NCBI GenBank assembly: GCA_040398965.1
Contig: JBBASZ010000008.1
Coordinates: 18,087 to 82,086, forward strand
DNA: 64,000 nucleotides
Reading direction: 5' to 3'
Source: Solirubrobacteraceae bacterium
Lineage (GTDB): Bacteria; Actinomycetota; Thermoleophilia; Solirubrobacterales; Solirubrobacteraceae
The notes beneath the pieces were generated by a model. The model was given only the letters and a program-made list of their open reading frames with translations, made no database searches and was not told the origin of the DNA. A program made the translations under genes and the position numbers. This document shows, piece after piece, positions 25,826-38,257 of this stretch; positions within the stretch are counted from its first letter, which is position 1, and each line of letters starts with the position of its first letter.

Positions 25826-28285
25826 ATGAGCGACGCCCGCTATGACCCACAGGAGATTGAGCCGCGATGGCAGGCACTGTGGGCGCAGGAGAAGACCTGG
25901 GAGGTCGAGAACCGGCCCGGCGAAGAGGGCGCGGAGGGCGAATCCAGCTACGTGCTGGAGATGCTCCCGTACCCCAGCGGCGAGCCCCACATCGGCCACC
26001 TGAAGGTCTATTCGGTCGGTGACGCGGTTGCCCACTTCCAGCGCCGCAACGGGCGCCGGGTACTCCACCCGATGGGCTACGACGCCTTCGGCCTGCCGGC
26101 GGAGAACCACGCCATCAAGACCGGCCAGCACCCGAGGGTCTCCACCGAGGAGGCGATCGCCGAGTTCCAGCGCCAGTTCCATCGCTGGGGGATCTCGATC
26201 GACTGGTCGCGGGAGCTCGCCACCTGCGATCCCGCCTACTACCGGTGGACCCAGTGGATCTTCAACCAGCTGCTCGCTGCCGGCCTGGCTTACCAGCGCG
26301 AGGCGGTGGTGAAGTGGTGTCCGGAGGACCAGACGGTGCTGGCCAACGAGCAGGTTGTAGACGGCCGCTGCGAGCGATGCGGCGCCGAGGTCGAGGCGCG
26401 CCAGCTGAACCAGTGGTTCCTGCGCATCACCGATTACGCCGACCGGCTCCTCGAAGACCTCGAGACGGTCGAGTGGCCCGAGCACGTCAAGACGATGCAG
26501 CGCAACTGGATCGGGCGATCCGAGGGCGCGGAGGTTGTCTTCCGCTGTGAGGAGCTGGGAATCGACTACCCCGTCTTCACCACCCGGCCGGACACCCTCT
26601 TCGGGGCGACCTTCTTCGTGATGGCCCCCGAGCATCCCGATGTCGAGCGGCTTGCCGAGGGGAGCGGCAACGAGGACGAGGTGAGGGCCTACGTGAACCA
26701 CGCCCTTACCGAGCAGGGGGCGCTGCGCGAGAACGCCGACCGGGAGAAGACCGGTGTCTTCCTCGGCCGTCACGTCACCAACCCGGTCAACGGCGAGCAA
26801 ATCCCGGTCTATGTCGCCGACTACGTGCTGATGGAGTACGGGACCGGGGCGATCATGGCCGTTCCCGCCCACGACCAGCGCGATTACGACTTCGCCCGCG
26901 CGTTCGACCTGCCTGTCCGGCGCGTAATCGAGGGGGAGAACCCCGAGGGCGACGAGAACGGGCTTCCCTGGACCGGCGACGGGACCCTGACGGCGAGCGC
27001 CCCGGAGTTTGACGGCAAGCCCAACCGGGAGGCATTCGAGGAGATCGTTGCCTGGCTGGAGTCCAACGGGAAGGGCCACGCATCGGTCAACTACCGCCTG
27101 CGCGACTGGCTGGTCTCGCGCCAGCGCTACTGGGGGTGCCCCATCCCGGTGGTCCACTGCCCCGAATGCGGCACGGTGCCGGTTCCCGACGACCAGCTTC
27201 CCGTGCTGCTCCCCGACATCGACGACTATGCGCCGAAGGGCCAGTCGCCGCTGGCCGCGGCGGAGGACTGGGTGGCCACCACGTGCCCGAGCTGCGGAGG
27301 CGAGGCGCGGCGGGAGACCGACACGATGGACACCTTCGTCGACTCATCCTGGTACTTCCTTCGCTACTGCGACGCGTCCAACGACGACCAGGCCTGGGAC
27401 CCGGCCGTGCTGGCCGAGTGGATGCCGGTCGACCAGTACATCGGAGGGGTCGAGCACGCGATTCTCCACCTTCTCTACGCGCGGTTCTTCGTCAAGGCGC
27501 TGAAGGACCTGGGCCACCTGGAGGCCGACGAGCCGTTTGCCCGGCTCTTCACCCAGGGAATGATCACCCGCGACGGGGCGAAAATGTCCAAGTCCCGGGG
27601 AAACGTTGTCTCTCCGCGCGAGATCGTCGAGCGCTACGGGGCCGACACCGCGCGCGCCTACATCCTCTTCATCGGCCCGCCCGACCAGGACGCCGACTGG
27701 TCGGACGAGGGGCTCGAGGGCGTGCACCGGTTCCTCGGGCGCCTCTGGAGGCTGAGCGCCGAGGTGGCCGCCGGGCCGCAGGAGGGCGGGGGCAACGCCG
27801 ATGCCGACCTCGCGCTGCGGCGCAAGACCGCGTGGGCGATAGAGAAGGTGACCGGCGACATGGACCGCCGCTTTGCCTTCAACACCGCGATCGCCGCGGT
27901 AATGGAGCTCGTCAACGAGGTGTCCCGCCTGCGCGAGGAGGCCGGGCCCTCCGCGCAGCGCGAGGCACTCGAGGCGGCATCCTCGATCTGTTTTCCCTTC
28001 GCTCCCCACGCCTGCGCCGACGCCTACGAGCTCCTGACCGGAAAGCGGGTCTGGGAGGAGCCGTGGCCCAGCGCCGACCCGGAGCTGCTCGAGTCCGACA
28101 CCTACGAGCTGGTCTGCCAGGTCAACGGCAAGCTCCGCGACCGTGTCGAAGCGCCGGCAGACGCCGACGAAGTCGCCCTCGAGGCGCTCGCACTGGCCGC
28201 CCCGAACGTCGTCTCCCACCTCGAGGGCCGGGAACCCCGGAAGGTGATCGTCGTTCCGGGCAAGCTCGTCAACATCGTCGTTTGA
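25826..28285 (+). CDS. leuS: leucine--tRNA ligase
   Basis: ORF track, 819 aa. HIGH motif (EPHIGHL), KMSKS (AKMSKSRGN), CP1 editing domain. A TATTCT hexamer (25808-25813) lies 12 nt upstream of the ATG. Confidence 0.95.
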   Translation: MSDARYDPQEIEPRWQALWAQEKTWEVENRPGEEGAEGESSYVLEMLPYPSGEPHIGHLKVYSVGDAVAHFQRRNGRRVLHPMGYDAFGLPAENHAIKTGQHPRVSTEEAIAEFQRQFHRWGISIDWSRELATCDPAYYRWTQWIFNQLLAAGLAYQREAVVKWCPEDQTVLANEQVVDGRCERCGAEVEARQLNQWFLRITDYADRLLEDLETVEWPEHVKTMQRNWIGRSEGAEVVFRCEELGIDYPVFTTRPDTLFGATFFVMAPEHPDVERLAEGSGNEDEVRAYVNHALTEQGALRENADREKTGVFLGRHVTNPVNGEQIPVYVADYVLMEYGTGAIMAVPAHDQRDYDFARAFDLPVRRVIEGENPEGDENGLPWTGDGTLTASAPEFDGKPNREAFEEIVAWLESNGKGHASVNYRLRDWLVSRQRYWGCPIPVVHCPECGTVPVPDDQLPVLLPDIDDYAPKGQSPLAAAEDWVATTCPSCGGEARRETDTMDTFVDSSWYFLRYCDASNDDQAWDPAVLAEWMPVDQYIGGVEHAILHLLYARFFVKALKDLGHLEADEPFARLFTQGMITRDGAKMSKSRGNVVSPREIVERYGADTARAYILFIGPPDQDADWSDEGLEGVHRFLGRLWRLSAEVAAGPQEGGGNADADLALRRKTAWAIEKVTGDMDRRFAFNTAIAAVMELVNEVSRLREEAGPSAQREALEAASSICFPFAPHACADAYELLTGKRVWEEPWPSADPELLESDTYELVCQVNGKLRDRVEAPADADEVALEALALAAPNVVSHLEGREPRKVIVVPGKLVNIVV

Positions 28286-28338
28286 AAGACGTAGCGGGCG
28301 GGTAACCGCTCGCACCTCCCACACTACGGCGGCGCTCG

Positions 28339-28344
28339 TAGCCT
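28339..28344 (+). promoter_or_regulatory. candidate -10 hexamer TAGCCT, 7 nt upstream of the comEA GTG (leaderless-type)
   Basis: Sequence is ctcgTAGCCTgcccgccGTGtcc. Confidence 0.35.
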
Positions 28345-28351
28345 GCCCGCC

Positions 28352-28924
28352 GTGTCCCTGGACGGGCGGAAATGGCTGGTTCTCTTCGGGGCGGTTGCCG
28401 TGGCCGCGGTCTTCGTGGCGCCGCGCCTGATTCCGGGAGCCTCAGGCGGGGAGGCGTCGAAGGGGCGGGTGCCGGGTGAGGGCGTGCCACCGGTCACGGG
28501 GTTTGTTGAGCGGGCGGGCGCGGAGGCGGCGGTCGTCCACGTGGCGGGCGCTGTCAGGCACCCGGGCGTCTACCGGGTGGGGGCCGGCGCACGCGTCCGT
28601 GACGCGGTCAGGCGGGCAGGTGGAGCGGGGCGGGCGGCCGACCTGGACGCGATCAACCTTGCGGCGAAGTTGGCCGACGGCCAGCAGGTCGTGGTGCCGA
28701 CGCGCGGCGCTTCTCCCGGTTCCGCCGGGGCTGCGCAGGTCAGCCTCGGATCGGCGACCGCTGCGGAGCTCGACACGCTCGAAGGGGTGGGGCCGGTCAT
28801 GGCGGAGAAGATCGTCGAGTGGCGGACTGCAAAGGGCGGGATCGGAAGCGTCGATGAGCTCGACCAGATAACCGGAATCGGACCGAAGAAGCTCGAGTCG
28901 CTGCGTGAACAGCTCGCTCCGTGA
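28352..28924 (+). CDS. comEA: ComEA-family DNA-binding protein (helix-hairpin-helix)
   Basis: ORF track, 190 aa. N-terminal TM helix, SLBB-like middle region, tandem HhH C-terminus (ELDTLEGVGPVMAEKIVEWR...ELDQITGIGPKKLESL). Confidence 0.85.
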   Translation: MSLDGRKWLVLFGAVAVAAVFVAPRLIPGASGGEASKGRVPGEGVPPVTGFVERAGAEAAVVHVAGAVRHPGVYRVGAGARVRDAVRRAGGAGRAADLDAINLAAKLADGQQVVVPTRGASPGSAGAAQVSLGSATAAELDTLEGVGPVMAEKIVEWRTAKGGIGSVDELDQITGIGPKKLESLREQLAP

Positions 28925-31152
28925 CCGCCCTGCGCGGCGCGCTCGGGCCAAGGGTGCTGGTCCTCGCCGCCCTTGCCGGCGGGTTCGCTGCAGCGGACGG
29001 CGACGGGCCGATGGCCCTCCTGGCTTCGATGCTGCCGGCTCTTGCCGCCCTGCTGCTGGGTTTCCGATCAGGGTGGATTGCCGTTGCGGCGGTCGCGGGG
29101 CTGGCAGGCCTGGCGGCCGGTGGCGCCAGGCTCGCAGCGATCGCTCCGGCACCCGTGCCGCCGGTGCTCCAGGGCGCCGGCGCAACCGTCCTTGAGCCGG
29201 CACGGACCGAGAGGTTCGGATGGAGGACGCTTGCCCAGGTCGGCCGGGCACGCCTGCTGGTGCGTGGCCCGGGAGCACGGCCGGGATGGGAGCCCGGGTC
29301 GATCGTGCGCCTGAGTGGCACCGTCCGCCCGCTTGGTTCGGATGACGGCTGGCTGCGAACCCGTCGCGTATCCGGGGTCCTCCGCGCGAGAGCCGGGCCG
29401 GTCGTAGGGCGCCGCGGGGGGCCCGCGGGCGTCGTAGACCGGCTCAGGTCGCGTGCCCGGGCGGCGATCGCCGGCCATCTCGAGCCCGACGAGACGGCGC
29501 TGCTGGCCGGCATGGTCCTCGGGGACGACAGCGCCATGAGCCCGGAGCTGCGCGAGGGGATGCGCAGGACCGGGCTCGGCCACATCGTGGCCGCCTCGGG
29601 GGCCAACGTCGCACTCCTGGTGGGCCTGGTGCTCGCGGCCTGCGGCACTCTTGGCCTTGCCCGGGGACCAAGGCTGGCGGTGGCCGGCGGGTCGGTCCTG
29701 CTGTACGCGGCGGTCTGCGGCGGCGGCCCGTCGATCCTGCGGGCTTCGGTGATGGGTATTGCCGTCCTGGCGGCGGCCATGGCTTCGAGGCCTGCTTCCC
29801 GTGCCTACGGGTTCGCGCTGGCGCTCGCGGTGACGCTGGCCATCGACCCGGGCGCATGGCGGGATGTCGGCTGGCAGCTCAGCTTTGCCGCCGTGGCAGG
29901 AATTGCCCTCCTCGCCGGGCCGCTCGGCGAGCGGGCCCGAAGAGTGGGGCTGCCCGGCCCCCTTGCGGAGCCCGCGTCGCTCACAATCTCCGCGACAGTG
30001 GCAACCGCTCCCGTTGCGGCGGTTGCCTTCGGCACCTTCTCGCTCGTTTCCATCCCGGCAAACGTCATCGTTGGACCGCTCATTGGACCGGCCACGTGGC
30101 TCGGCATGGTGGCGGGGCTCGTCGGCCAGGCCGACCCCGCCGCGGCGCGGCCGTTCGTCCTGCTTGCCGGCGTCCCGGTCGCGGCGGTCCTTGCCGTGGC
30201 CCGCGGACTCTCGGCCCTTCCCTTCGCACAGGTGCGGGTCTCGGTCGTGCCCGTCGCCCTGCTTTCGCTGGCGGCAGGCTGCGGCCTCGCCGCGGTGGTC
30301 CGGCCGGCGCAGAGGAGAGCCCTGCTGGCGGCGGGTGCCATCGCTCTTCTCCTGACACCCCTGGCCCGCCTGATTTACCCCTCGCCCTCGCCGGGCGCGC
30401 CCGCCCCCGGTAGGGCGCGAATCAGCTTCCTGGATGTCGGCCAGGGCGATGCGACGCTGCTTCAGTCCCGGGGCGAGAGCCTGCTCGTCGATGCCGGTCC
30501 CGAGGGAGGGCCGGTGGTGGAAAGGCTTCGCGAGGCAGGTGTCGGCCGCCTCGGGGCGCTCCTGGTCACCCACGCCCAGGCGGATCACCTGGGCGCCGCC
30601 GACCGGGTGATCGAGGATGTGGGGGTCGACCTGCTGCTGGACGGCCGGGACGGCCTCGTCGAGCCCGAGGGCGCGGAGATGGTGCGCGCTGCAGCCGGGA
30701 ATCGGGTGAGGAGAATCGTCCCCCGGGCGGGCGACGTCCTGCGGGTCGGCGAGATGCGGGTGCGCGTCCTGTCCCCAGGGGGAAAGACGGCCGCTGGAGC
30801 AGACCCGAACCTGCGCAGTGTCGTGCTTCGCGTCGACGGTCCGGGCCTGAGTGTCCTTCTCGGCGCCGACGCCGAGTCCGGGGTTCTGTCTCCGCTGGCT
30901 CCGGGCCCGGTGCAGGTCCTCAAGGTCAGCCACCACGGAAGCGACGACCCGGGCCTGGCCTCACTACTTGGAGCGCTAAGGCCGGGTTTGGCGGTGGTCT
31001 CGGTCGGTGCCGGCAACCCGTTCGGGCACCCGGCGCCCACAACCCTGCGCAGGCTCGCCGCGGGCGGGGTGCAGGTGCTGAGGACCGACCTCCACGGGAG
31101 CGTCGCGGTCGAGGCTGGGAGAGGCGGGCTGCGCGTCCAGAGCTGGCCGTAG
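28921..31152 (+). CDS. comEC: DNA internalization-related competence protein ComEC/Rec2
   Basis: ORF track, 743 aa, polytopic. C-terminal metallo-beta-lactamase motif THAQADHLGA. GTGA overlap with comEA. Confidence 0.85.
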   Translation: MTALRGALGPRVLVLAALAGGFAAADGDGPMALLASMLPALAALLLGFRSGWIAVAAVAGLAGLAAGGARLAAIAPAPVPPVLQGAGATVLEPARTERFGWRTLAQVGRARLLVRGPGARPGWEPGSIVRLSGTVRPLGSDDGWLRTRRVSGVLRARAGPVVGRRGGPAGVVDRLRSRARAAIAGHLEPDETALLAGMVLGDDSAMSPELREGMRRTGLGHIVAASGANVALLVGLVLAACGTLGLARGPRLAVAGGSVLLYAAVCGGGPSILRASVMGIAVLAAAMASRPASRAYGFALALAVTLAIDPGAWRDVGWQLSFAAVAGIALLAGPLGERARRVGLPGPLAEPASLTISATVATAPVAAVAFGTFSLVSIPANVIVGPLIGPATWLGMVAGLVGQADPAAARPFVLLAGVPVAAVLAVARGLSALPFAQVRVSVVPVALLSLAAGCGLAAVVRPAQRRALLAAGAIALLLTPLARLIYPSPSPGAPAPGRARISFLDVGQGDATLLQSRGESLLVDAGPEGGPVVERLREAGVGRLGALLVTHAQADHLGAADRVIEDVGVDLLLDGRDGLVEPEGAEMVRAAAGNRVRRIVPRAGDVLRVGEMRVRVLSPGGKTAAGADPNLRSVVLRVDGPGLSVLLGADAESGVLSPLAPGPVQVLKVSHHGSDDPGLASLLGALRPGLAVVSVGAGNPFGHPAPTTLRRLAAGGVQVLRTDLHGSVAVEAGRGGLRVQSWP

Positions 31153-31155
31153 ACT
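31150..31155 (+). promoter_or_regulatory. candidate -10 hexamer TAGACT, 6 nt upstream of the holA GTG (overlaps the comEC stop codon)
   Basis: Sequence is ccgTAGACTcgcgccGTGccg. Confidence 0.3.
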
Positions 31156-31161
31156 CGCGCC

Positions 31162-32142
31162 GTGCCGCCCGCCCCGGAGTTCGAGCCTGCCTACCTCGTC
31201 CACGGCGACGACCACGGCCGGATCGCCGAGCGCCGCGGGCGCCTTGCCGCCCTTGCCGGGGAGGTCTCGGGCGCCGGAGGTGTCGAGTTCTTTGACGCCT
31301 CGCAGGTCGCGCCGGCCGAAGTCGCAGGGGCACTGAGCTCGATGACCTTCGCCATCGGGCGGCGCTTCCTGGTCATCGACAGGTGCGAGTCCTGGAAGGA
31401 GAAGGAGGTTGCAGAGGACCTGGCCGGCGCCCTGGCCGCGATCGATCCCGAAACGACCGTCGCTTTCTTCGCTTTCGAAGACGGCCGCCGGAAGGCGCCG
31501 GCGAGCCTTCACGCCGGCGTCGAGGGAGCCGGGGGCCGCGTGACCGCCGAGGTGCTGCTCAAGCAGCGCGAGCTGCCCCGGTGGGCGGTCGGTCAGGCGT
31601 CGGCCCTGGGCATCACCCTTGACGGGGCGGCAGCGCAGCTGCTGGTTGCCCAGGTGGGGGACCGCCAGCAGAGGCTGCTCAGGGAGCTGGAGAAGCTCGC
31701 GCTGGAATACGGCGCGGGAGCGGAGATCGGGGTGGAAGAGGTCGAGGCGTCGGTGGCCGAGTCGTCGGAGCTCGCCGTCTGGGCCCTGGTCGACGCGATC
31801 GTCGGCCACAATCCGGCCGCGGCGACCCGGACCTACCTGGAGCTTCGCTCGCAGGGCGAGGATGGTGCCCGGCTCGCCGGTCTCATGGCGCGCAGGGTGC
31901 GGGAGGTGTTGACGATCGCCGAGCGGCTTGAGGCCGGGGTCTCCCCATCGGAGGCCGCGGCCGGCCTGAAGATGAGTCCCTACGCAGCCAAGAGGCGGGT
32001 TGCCGAGGCGCGCGAGTCTGATGCCACCGGCCTGAGGCGGGCGCTCGAGGCGATGGCGCGGCTGGAGCTTGCCGGCCGGGGCGCCAGCAGGCTCGACTTC
32101 GACACCGTCGCCCTCAGGACGATCGCGGTCGTCGCTTCCTGA
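31162..32142 (+). CDS. holA: DNA polymerase III subunit delta
   Basis: ORF track, 326 aa. N-terminus PAYLVHGDDHGRI and overall helical C-terminal half resemble HolA. Conserved position after comEC and opposite rpsT. Confidence 0.8.
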   Translation: MPPAPEFEPAYLVHGDDHGRIAERRGRLAALAGEVSGAGGVEFFDASQVAPAEVAGALSSMTFAIGRRFLVIDRCESWKEKEVAEDLAGALAAIDPETTVAFFAFEDGRRKAPASLHAGVEGAGGRVTAEVLLKQRELPRWAVGQASALGITLDGAAAQLLVAQVGDRQQRLLRELEKLALEYGAGAEIGVEEVEASVAESSELAVWALVDAIVGHNPAAATRTYLELRSQGEDGARLAGLMARRVREVLTIAERLEAGVSPSEAAAGLKMSPYAAKRRVAEARESDATGLRRALEAMARLELAGRGASRLDFDTVALRTIAVVAS

Positions 32143-32151
32143 CTGAAGGGC

Positions 32152-32412
32152 TCAGGCGCCGGCGCGAATCCGCTGGGCGCGGGACTTGCGCCGAGCGCCG
32201 GTATTGCGGTGGATGGCGCCGTGGGAGACGGCCTTGTCGAGCGTCGAAAGGAGCTTGCGCAGCTCCTTGTCCGCCGTCTCGCCGTCGCCGGCAGCGACGG
32301 CCTCTTCGAGGCGCCGCTGGTAGGTCTTGGCCGCCGAGGTGTAGTGGCGGTTCTCTAGGCGCTCACGCTCGGTACGGGCGTTTCGCTTGCGCTGGGAGTT
32401 CAGGTTGGCCAT
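32152..32412 (-). CDS. rpsT: 30S ribosomal protein S20
   Basis: Inside ORF 32152..32559 (-). ATG at 32410-32412 gives MANLNSQRKRNARTERERLENRHYTSAAKT..., 86 aa. Confidence 0.95.
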   Translation of the reverse strand: MANLNSQRKRNARTERERLENRHYTSAAKTYQRRLEEAVAAGDGETADKELRKLLSTLDKAVSHGAIHRNTGARRKSRAQRIRAGA

Positions 32413-32423
32413 TCCGCGGGCGG

Positions 32424-32429
32424 ATTCTA
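32424..32429 (-). promoter_or_regulatory. candidate -10 hexamer TAGAAT, 11 nt upstream of the rpsT ATG
   Basis: Minus-strand reading is acgcTAGAATccgcccgcggaATG, a 5/6 match to TATAAT. Confidence 0.4.
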
Positions 32430-32436
32430 GCGTCCG

Positions 32437-32465
32437 TTGGGTACCGCGGGTCGGGCGCGTAGCAT
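32437..32465 (+). promoter_or_regulatory. candidate promoter TTGGGT-N17-TAGCAT, 9 nt upstream of the murJ GTG
   Basis: Read directly: gTTGGGTaccgcgggtcgggcgcgTAGCATcaggtcgcaGTG. The spacer was counted as 17 nt. Confidence 0.4.
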
Positions 32466-32474
32466 CAGGTCGCA

Positions 32475-34241
32475 GTGAGCACGGGGTCCGGCAGCGCCGA
32501 TGATCGAGAGCCGGACCAGGATCCCGGGAGCGCCGCCGATGCCGAACTGGTGGGCGCATCGGACCCGGGCGTGGATGCCAGCTACGCCGCTCTCCTGGGT
32601 CGGCGCGAGGTGGAGAGGATCGAGGGGGAGGGGCCCGAGGAGGCTCCCGGGGCCCATGCGGGAGTCGCTCGCAACACGGCGATCTTCTCGATCGCCACGG
32701 GTCTTTCGCGGGTGGCGGGCCTCGCGAGGGAGATCCTCGCGGCCAGCTACTTCGGCACGAGCGGGGCCGCCTCGGCGTTCACGATCGCCTTCCAGCTGCC
32801 GAACCTCGTGCGCGGGCTCTTCGCCGATGCTGCCCTGAGCGCCGCCTTTGTGCCGGTCTTCGCGGAATTCCTGGAGCAGAAGAAGCGCCGCGAGGCGGTC
32901 CTGCTCGCCTCGACCCTCTTCTGGATCATCCTGCTGGTCCTGGGAATCCTCTCGGCGATCTTCATCCTCGCGGCGGGGGTGATCATCCCGCTCTTCATTC
33001 CCGGCGATCAGTTCACCCCGCAGCTCGTCGACCTTGCCGTCGGGCTCTCGCAGGTCCTGTTCCCGATCGTCGTCCTGCTCGGGATCAACGGGCTTCTCGT
33101 CGGGATCGTCAACAGCTACCACCACTTCACGATCCCGGCGCTCTCACCGCTGGTCTGGAACCTGGTGATCATCGCCCTCCTGGTCCTGCTGAGGCCGGCC
33201 TTCGACGGTCCGGAGCAGATCTACGCCTACGCGATCGGCGTGCTGGTGGGGACGGTGATCCAGCTGCTGATGGTCATTCCCGTGCTCGGGAAGATCGACT
33301 TCAGGCTCCGCTTCCACCTCAACTGGAGGGACCCCGGCGTGAAGCAGGTCTTCGTGCTCCTGGTTCCCGTGACCATCGGCCTGGGCGTGATCAACATCGA
33401 TCTCGTAATCAACTCGGTGGTCGGGGCGCTGATCTCCGAGAGCGCGCCGAGGGCGATCGACGCCGCCTTCCGTATCTACATGCTTCCGCAGGGAATCTTC
33501 AGCGTCGCCCTGGCAACGGTTCTCTTCCCTTCCCTCAGCCGGCTGGTGGCCCGCGGTGACATACCGGGCCTGCGGAAGATGCTCGGGACGGGAACCCGCC
33601 AGAACCTCCTGCTGCTGATCCCGGCGGCGGCGATGATCATGGTCCTCGCCTCGCCGGTGGTGGAGCTCGTCTACCAGTACGGGGCGTTCAACGCCCAGTC
33701 GACCGAGGAGGTCTCGACCGCGCTCTTCTGGTTTGCCTTCTCCCTGCCCTTTGCCGGCGTAAACCTGCTGCTGACGCGGACCTTCTTCTCGCTGCGGCGC
33801 CCGTGGGTCCCGACTGCCCTGGCCGCCGGGAACCTGGTGCTGAACGCGGCGGTATCGCTCGCGCTCTACAAGCCACTGGGGATCGCAGGGCCCGTAATCG
33901 GCACGGTCGCCTCGAGCGTGGGCATGACCACGGCCCAGATGTTCTTCCTGCGCCGCCAGCTGGACGGCTCGATCGAGGGGCGCCAGACGGCTGTCACGGC
34001 GGCAAAGATCATCCTTGCCTCGGCGGCGCTTGCCGGGGCGGCGTGGGGGGTCTGGTCGGTGCTGGAGTCGGCGGTAGGTGACGCGGGGGCCCTCGCCCGG
34101 CTGGTGGCCGTGATCCCGGCGGTGACCGCCGGCTCGGTGGTTTACGTGGTCGCCGTCCAGCTGATGCGGGTCCCCGAGGCGGCGCAGATCAGGACCTTCG
34201 TGACCGCCCGCCTCTCCCGCCGACGCCGCGCGGGCTCCTGA
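32475..34241 (+). CDS. murJ: lipid II flippase MurJ (MviN family) with N-terminal extension
   Basis: ORF track, 588 aa. The polytopic core starts near ARNTAIFSIATGLSRVAGLAREILAASYFG and is preceded by about 65 acidic/Gly-rich residues. Confidence 0.85.
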   Translation: MSTGSGSADDREPDQDPGSAADAELVGASDPGVDASYAALLGRREVERIEGEGPEEAPGAHAGVARNTAIFSIATGLSRVAGLAREILAASYFGTSGAASAFTIAFQLPNLVRGLFADAALSAAFVPVFAEFLEQKKRREAVLLASTLFWIILLVLGILSAIFILAAGVIIPLFIPGDQFTPQLVDLAVGLSQVLFPIVVLLGINGLLVGIVNSYHHFTIPALSPLVWNLVIIALLVLLRPAFDGPEQIYAYAIGVLVGTVIQLLMVIPVLGKIDFRLRFHLNWRDPGVKQVFVLLVPVTIGLGVINIDLVINSVVGALISESAPRAIDAAFRIYMLPQGIFSVALATVLFPSLSRLVARGDIPGLRKMLGTGTRQNLLLLIPAAAMIMVLASPVVELVYQYGAFNAQSTEEVSTALFWFAFSLPFAGVNLLLTRTFFSLRRPWVPTALAAGNLVLNAAVSLALYKPLGIAGPVIGTVASSVGMTTAQMFFLRRQLDGSIEGRQTAVTAAKIILASAALAGAAWGVWSVLESAVGDAGALARLVAVIPAVTAGSVVYVVAVQLMRVPEAAQIRTFVTARLSRRRRAGS

Positions 34242-34273
34242 GCGCGTCCGGCCCCTAGCCTTCCGGGAGCCCG

Positions 34274-36065
<1,792 letters not shown>

Positions 36066-36079
<14 letters not shown>

Positions 36080-37124
36080 GCGCGCGGTTCCCGCAAGTAC
36101 CATCGGCCCGGTGCTGACAGCCCGCCAGGAAGAGATCCTGAGGCGCGTGGTCGAGCTCCAGCGAGAGACCGGGCAGCCGGTCGGGTCCAAGACCCTCGCC
36201 GCCGACCCGGAGCTGGGCTGCGGCCCGTCGACCGTGCGCAGCGAGCTCGCCTGCCTGGAGGAGCACGGGCTGCTCGCCCACCCGCACACCTCGGCAGGCC
36301 GGGTTCCGACCGACGCCGGCCGGCGGTATTACGTCGATCGCCTCCTTCCCGACCGGCTTCCCGAGGTGAAGTTGCAGATGCCGCTCGTGCGCCGCGAAGT
36401 CGACGAGGCGATGCGCCTCGCCAGCTCCGCCCTCGCCGAGGTCTCAAACCTGATGGCGGTGATCTCCGCACCGCCGCTGGAGGCCGAGACCGTTCATCGC
36501 GTCGAGGTCCTGCTCCTTCAGGAGTCGGTGGCAATGGTGGTCGTGATCACCTCGGCCGGCGGCGTCAGCCGGCGGCTGGTCAGCTTTCCCGGCCCCGTCG
36601 ACGAAAGGCTCGCCGAATGGGCTGGTGAGTTCCTCAACGAGCGGCTCGCCGGGTTCGAGCTCGGTGCGCGAACGCTCTCCCAGAGGCTTACCGATCCCGC
36701 CCTCGGCAGGACCGAGCGGAGCTTCATCGACGCCCTCGTGCCGGCGCTGGCCGACCTGAAGGCCGAGTCCTCGGCGAGCCTGTACGTGGAGGGTGCCGGG
36801 CGGCTTCTCGGCACCGACCGGCTCCAGGACCTGAGCGAGATCAACGAGCTGATCGGCGAGCTCGAGAGGCGGGTAACGCTGCTCGGGGTGCTGCGCCAGG
36901 CGCTCGGCGAGCGCGACGTGCTGGTCAGGATCGGCACCGAAAACGAGCTGCCGGCCCTGAGGTCGCTCTCGCTGGTCGCGGCCTCCTACGGACCGCGCGC
37001 CCAGCGGCTCGGGACGGTCTCCCTGATTGGCCCCGTGCGGATGGACTATGCGGGGGCGATCGCCACCGTGCGCGAGGCCGCCTGGCAGCTCTCCCGTTAC
37101 GCCGACGAGGTCTACGAGGGCTGA
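36066..37124 (+). CDS. hrcA: heat-inducible transcription repressor HrcA
   Basis: ORF track, 352 aa. Winged-helix N-terminus and [11 protein letters not shown] signature. Start is GTG 36066 or ATG 36072, overlapping the lepA end. Confidence 0.9.
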
Positions 37125-37126
37125 CG

Positions 37127-38257
37127 GTGGCGACGGCCGCCCCGCGGGATCCCTACGAGGTGCTCGGCGTTCCCCGCGACGCCGACGAGCGCGAGGTCAA
37201 GCGCTCCTTCCGGGCGCTCGCCCGGGAGCTCCATCCGGACGTGAACCGCCACGACCCGCTGGCCGAGGCGAAGTTCAAGGAGGCGGCCGAGGCCTACGAG
37301 ATCCTCTCCGACCCGCAGCGCCGGGCGATCTACGACCGCTTCGGCCACGAGGGCCTGCGGTCCGGCGGGATGCGGCCGAACTTCGAGGGCTTCGGTTCTC
37401 TCGGCGACCTCTTCAATGCCTTCTTCGGCGCCGGGTTCGCCGGCGCCGCATCGGGACCGCTCCAGGGAGAGGACGCGATTATCCAGGTGGGGGTCACCCT
37501 CAAGGAGGCGTTCACCGGGGTTCGCCGCCAGGTCTCCTTCGAGGCGGTTGGAACCTGCGAGAGCTGCAGCGGCGATGGCGCCGAGCCCGGAACCGAGCTG
37601 CGCAGCTGCGAGCGCTGCGGCGGGAGCGGCACGCTTCAGGCCGTCGCCAACTCGCCCTTCGGGCAGGTGATGCAGACGGTGGCCTGCGACGCCTGCGACG
37701 GCCTCGGCAGGATTCCCGAGAGCCCCTGCGCCGCCTGCGATGGACGCGGGAGGGTGGTGGCGCGCCGCGAGCTCGAGGTCGAGGTTCCTCCCGGAATCGC
37801 GGATGGCCAGAGGATCCGGCTCGCGGGCCAGGGCCACGCCGGCGACCCCGGCGCGCCCCCGGGGGACCTCTACGTCCAGGTCGAGGTGGGGGAGATGGAT
37901 GGCGTTCTCCGCGACGGCGACGACCTCGTAGCCGTCATCGACGTCTCCGCGCCGACCGCCTCGCTCGGCACGACGGAGGGCGTCGAGGGAGTCGACGGCG
38001 CGGTTGAGGTTGAGATCCCGGCAGGGACGCAGCCGGGCGAGGTGATCGTCATCCGTCATCGCGGGATGCCGCAGCTGCGCCGCCCCGAGCGCCGCGGCGA
38101 CCTGAGGGCGGTGGTCAACGTGATAGTCCCCCGCGGGCTCGACCGCGACCAGCGTGAGCTGGCAGGGCAGATGGCGGCCTCGCTGGGCCCGGAGAACCTC
38201 GAATTGGGCGAGGGCCTGGGCGGCAAGCTCAGGCGCCTCTTCGGCGGCGGTCGTTGA
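37127..38257 (+). CDS. dnaJ: molecular chaperone DnaJ
   Basis: ORF track, 376 aa. J domain with HPD (ELHPDVN), G/F region, four CxxCxGxG zinc-finger repeats. Confidence 0.95.
   Translation: MATAAPRDPYEVLGVPRDADEREVKRSFRALARELHPDVNRHDPLAEAKFKEAAEAYEILSDPQRRAIYDRFGHEGLRSGGMRPNFEGFGSLGDLFNAFFGAGFAGAASGPLQGEDAIIQVGVTLKEAFTGVRRQVSFEAVGTCESCSGDGAEPGTELRSCERCGGSGTLQAVANSPFGQVMQTVACDACDGLGRIPESPCAACDGRGRVVARRELEVEVPPGIADGQRIRLAGQGHAGDPGAPPGDLYVQVEVGEMDGVLRDGDDLVAVIDVSAPTASLGTTEGVEGVDGAVEVEIPAGTQPGEVIVIRHRGMPQLRRPERRGDLRAVVNVIVPRGLDRDQRELAGQMAASLGPENLELGEGLGGKLRRLFGGGR

Noticed and set aside
28286-28351. Small hairpins after leuS (AGCGG-N8-CCGCT), after tig (TCAGG-ccct-CCTGA, 3789-3802) and after the 87-aa ORF (CGCGCC-cggcc-GGCGCG, about 6046-6062) as terminators.
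   Set aside because: The stems are only 5-6 bp and none is followed by a T-tract. In sequence this GC-rich, such stems are expected by chance.
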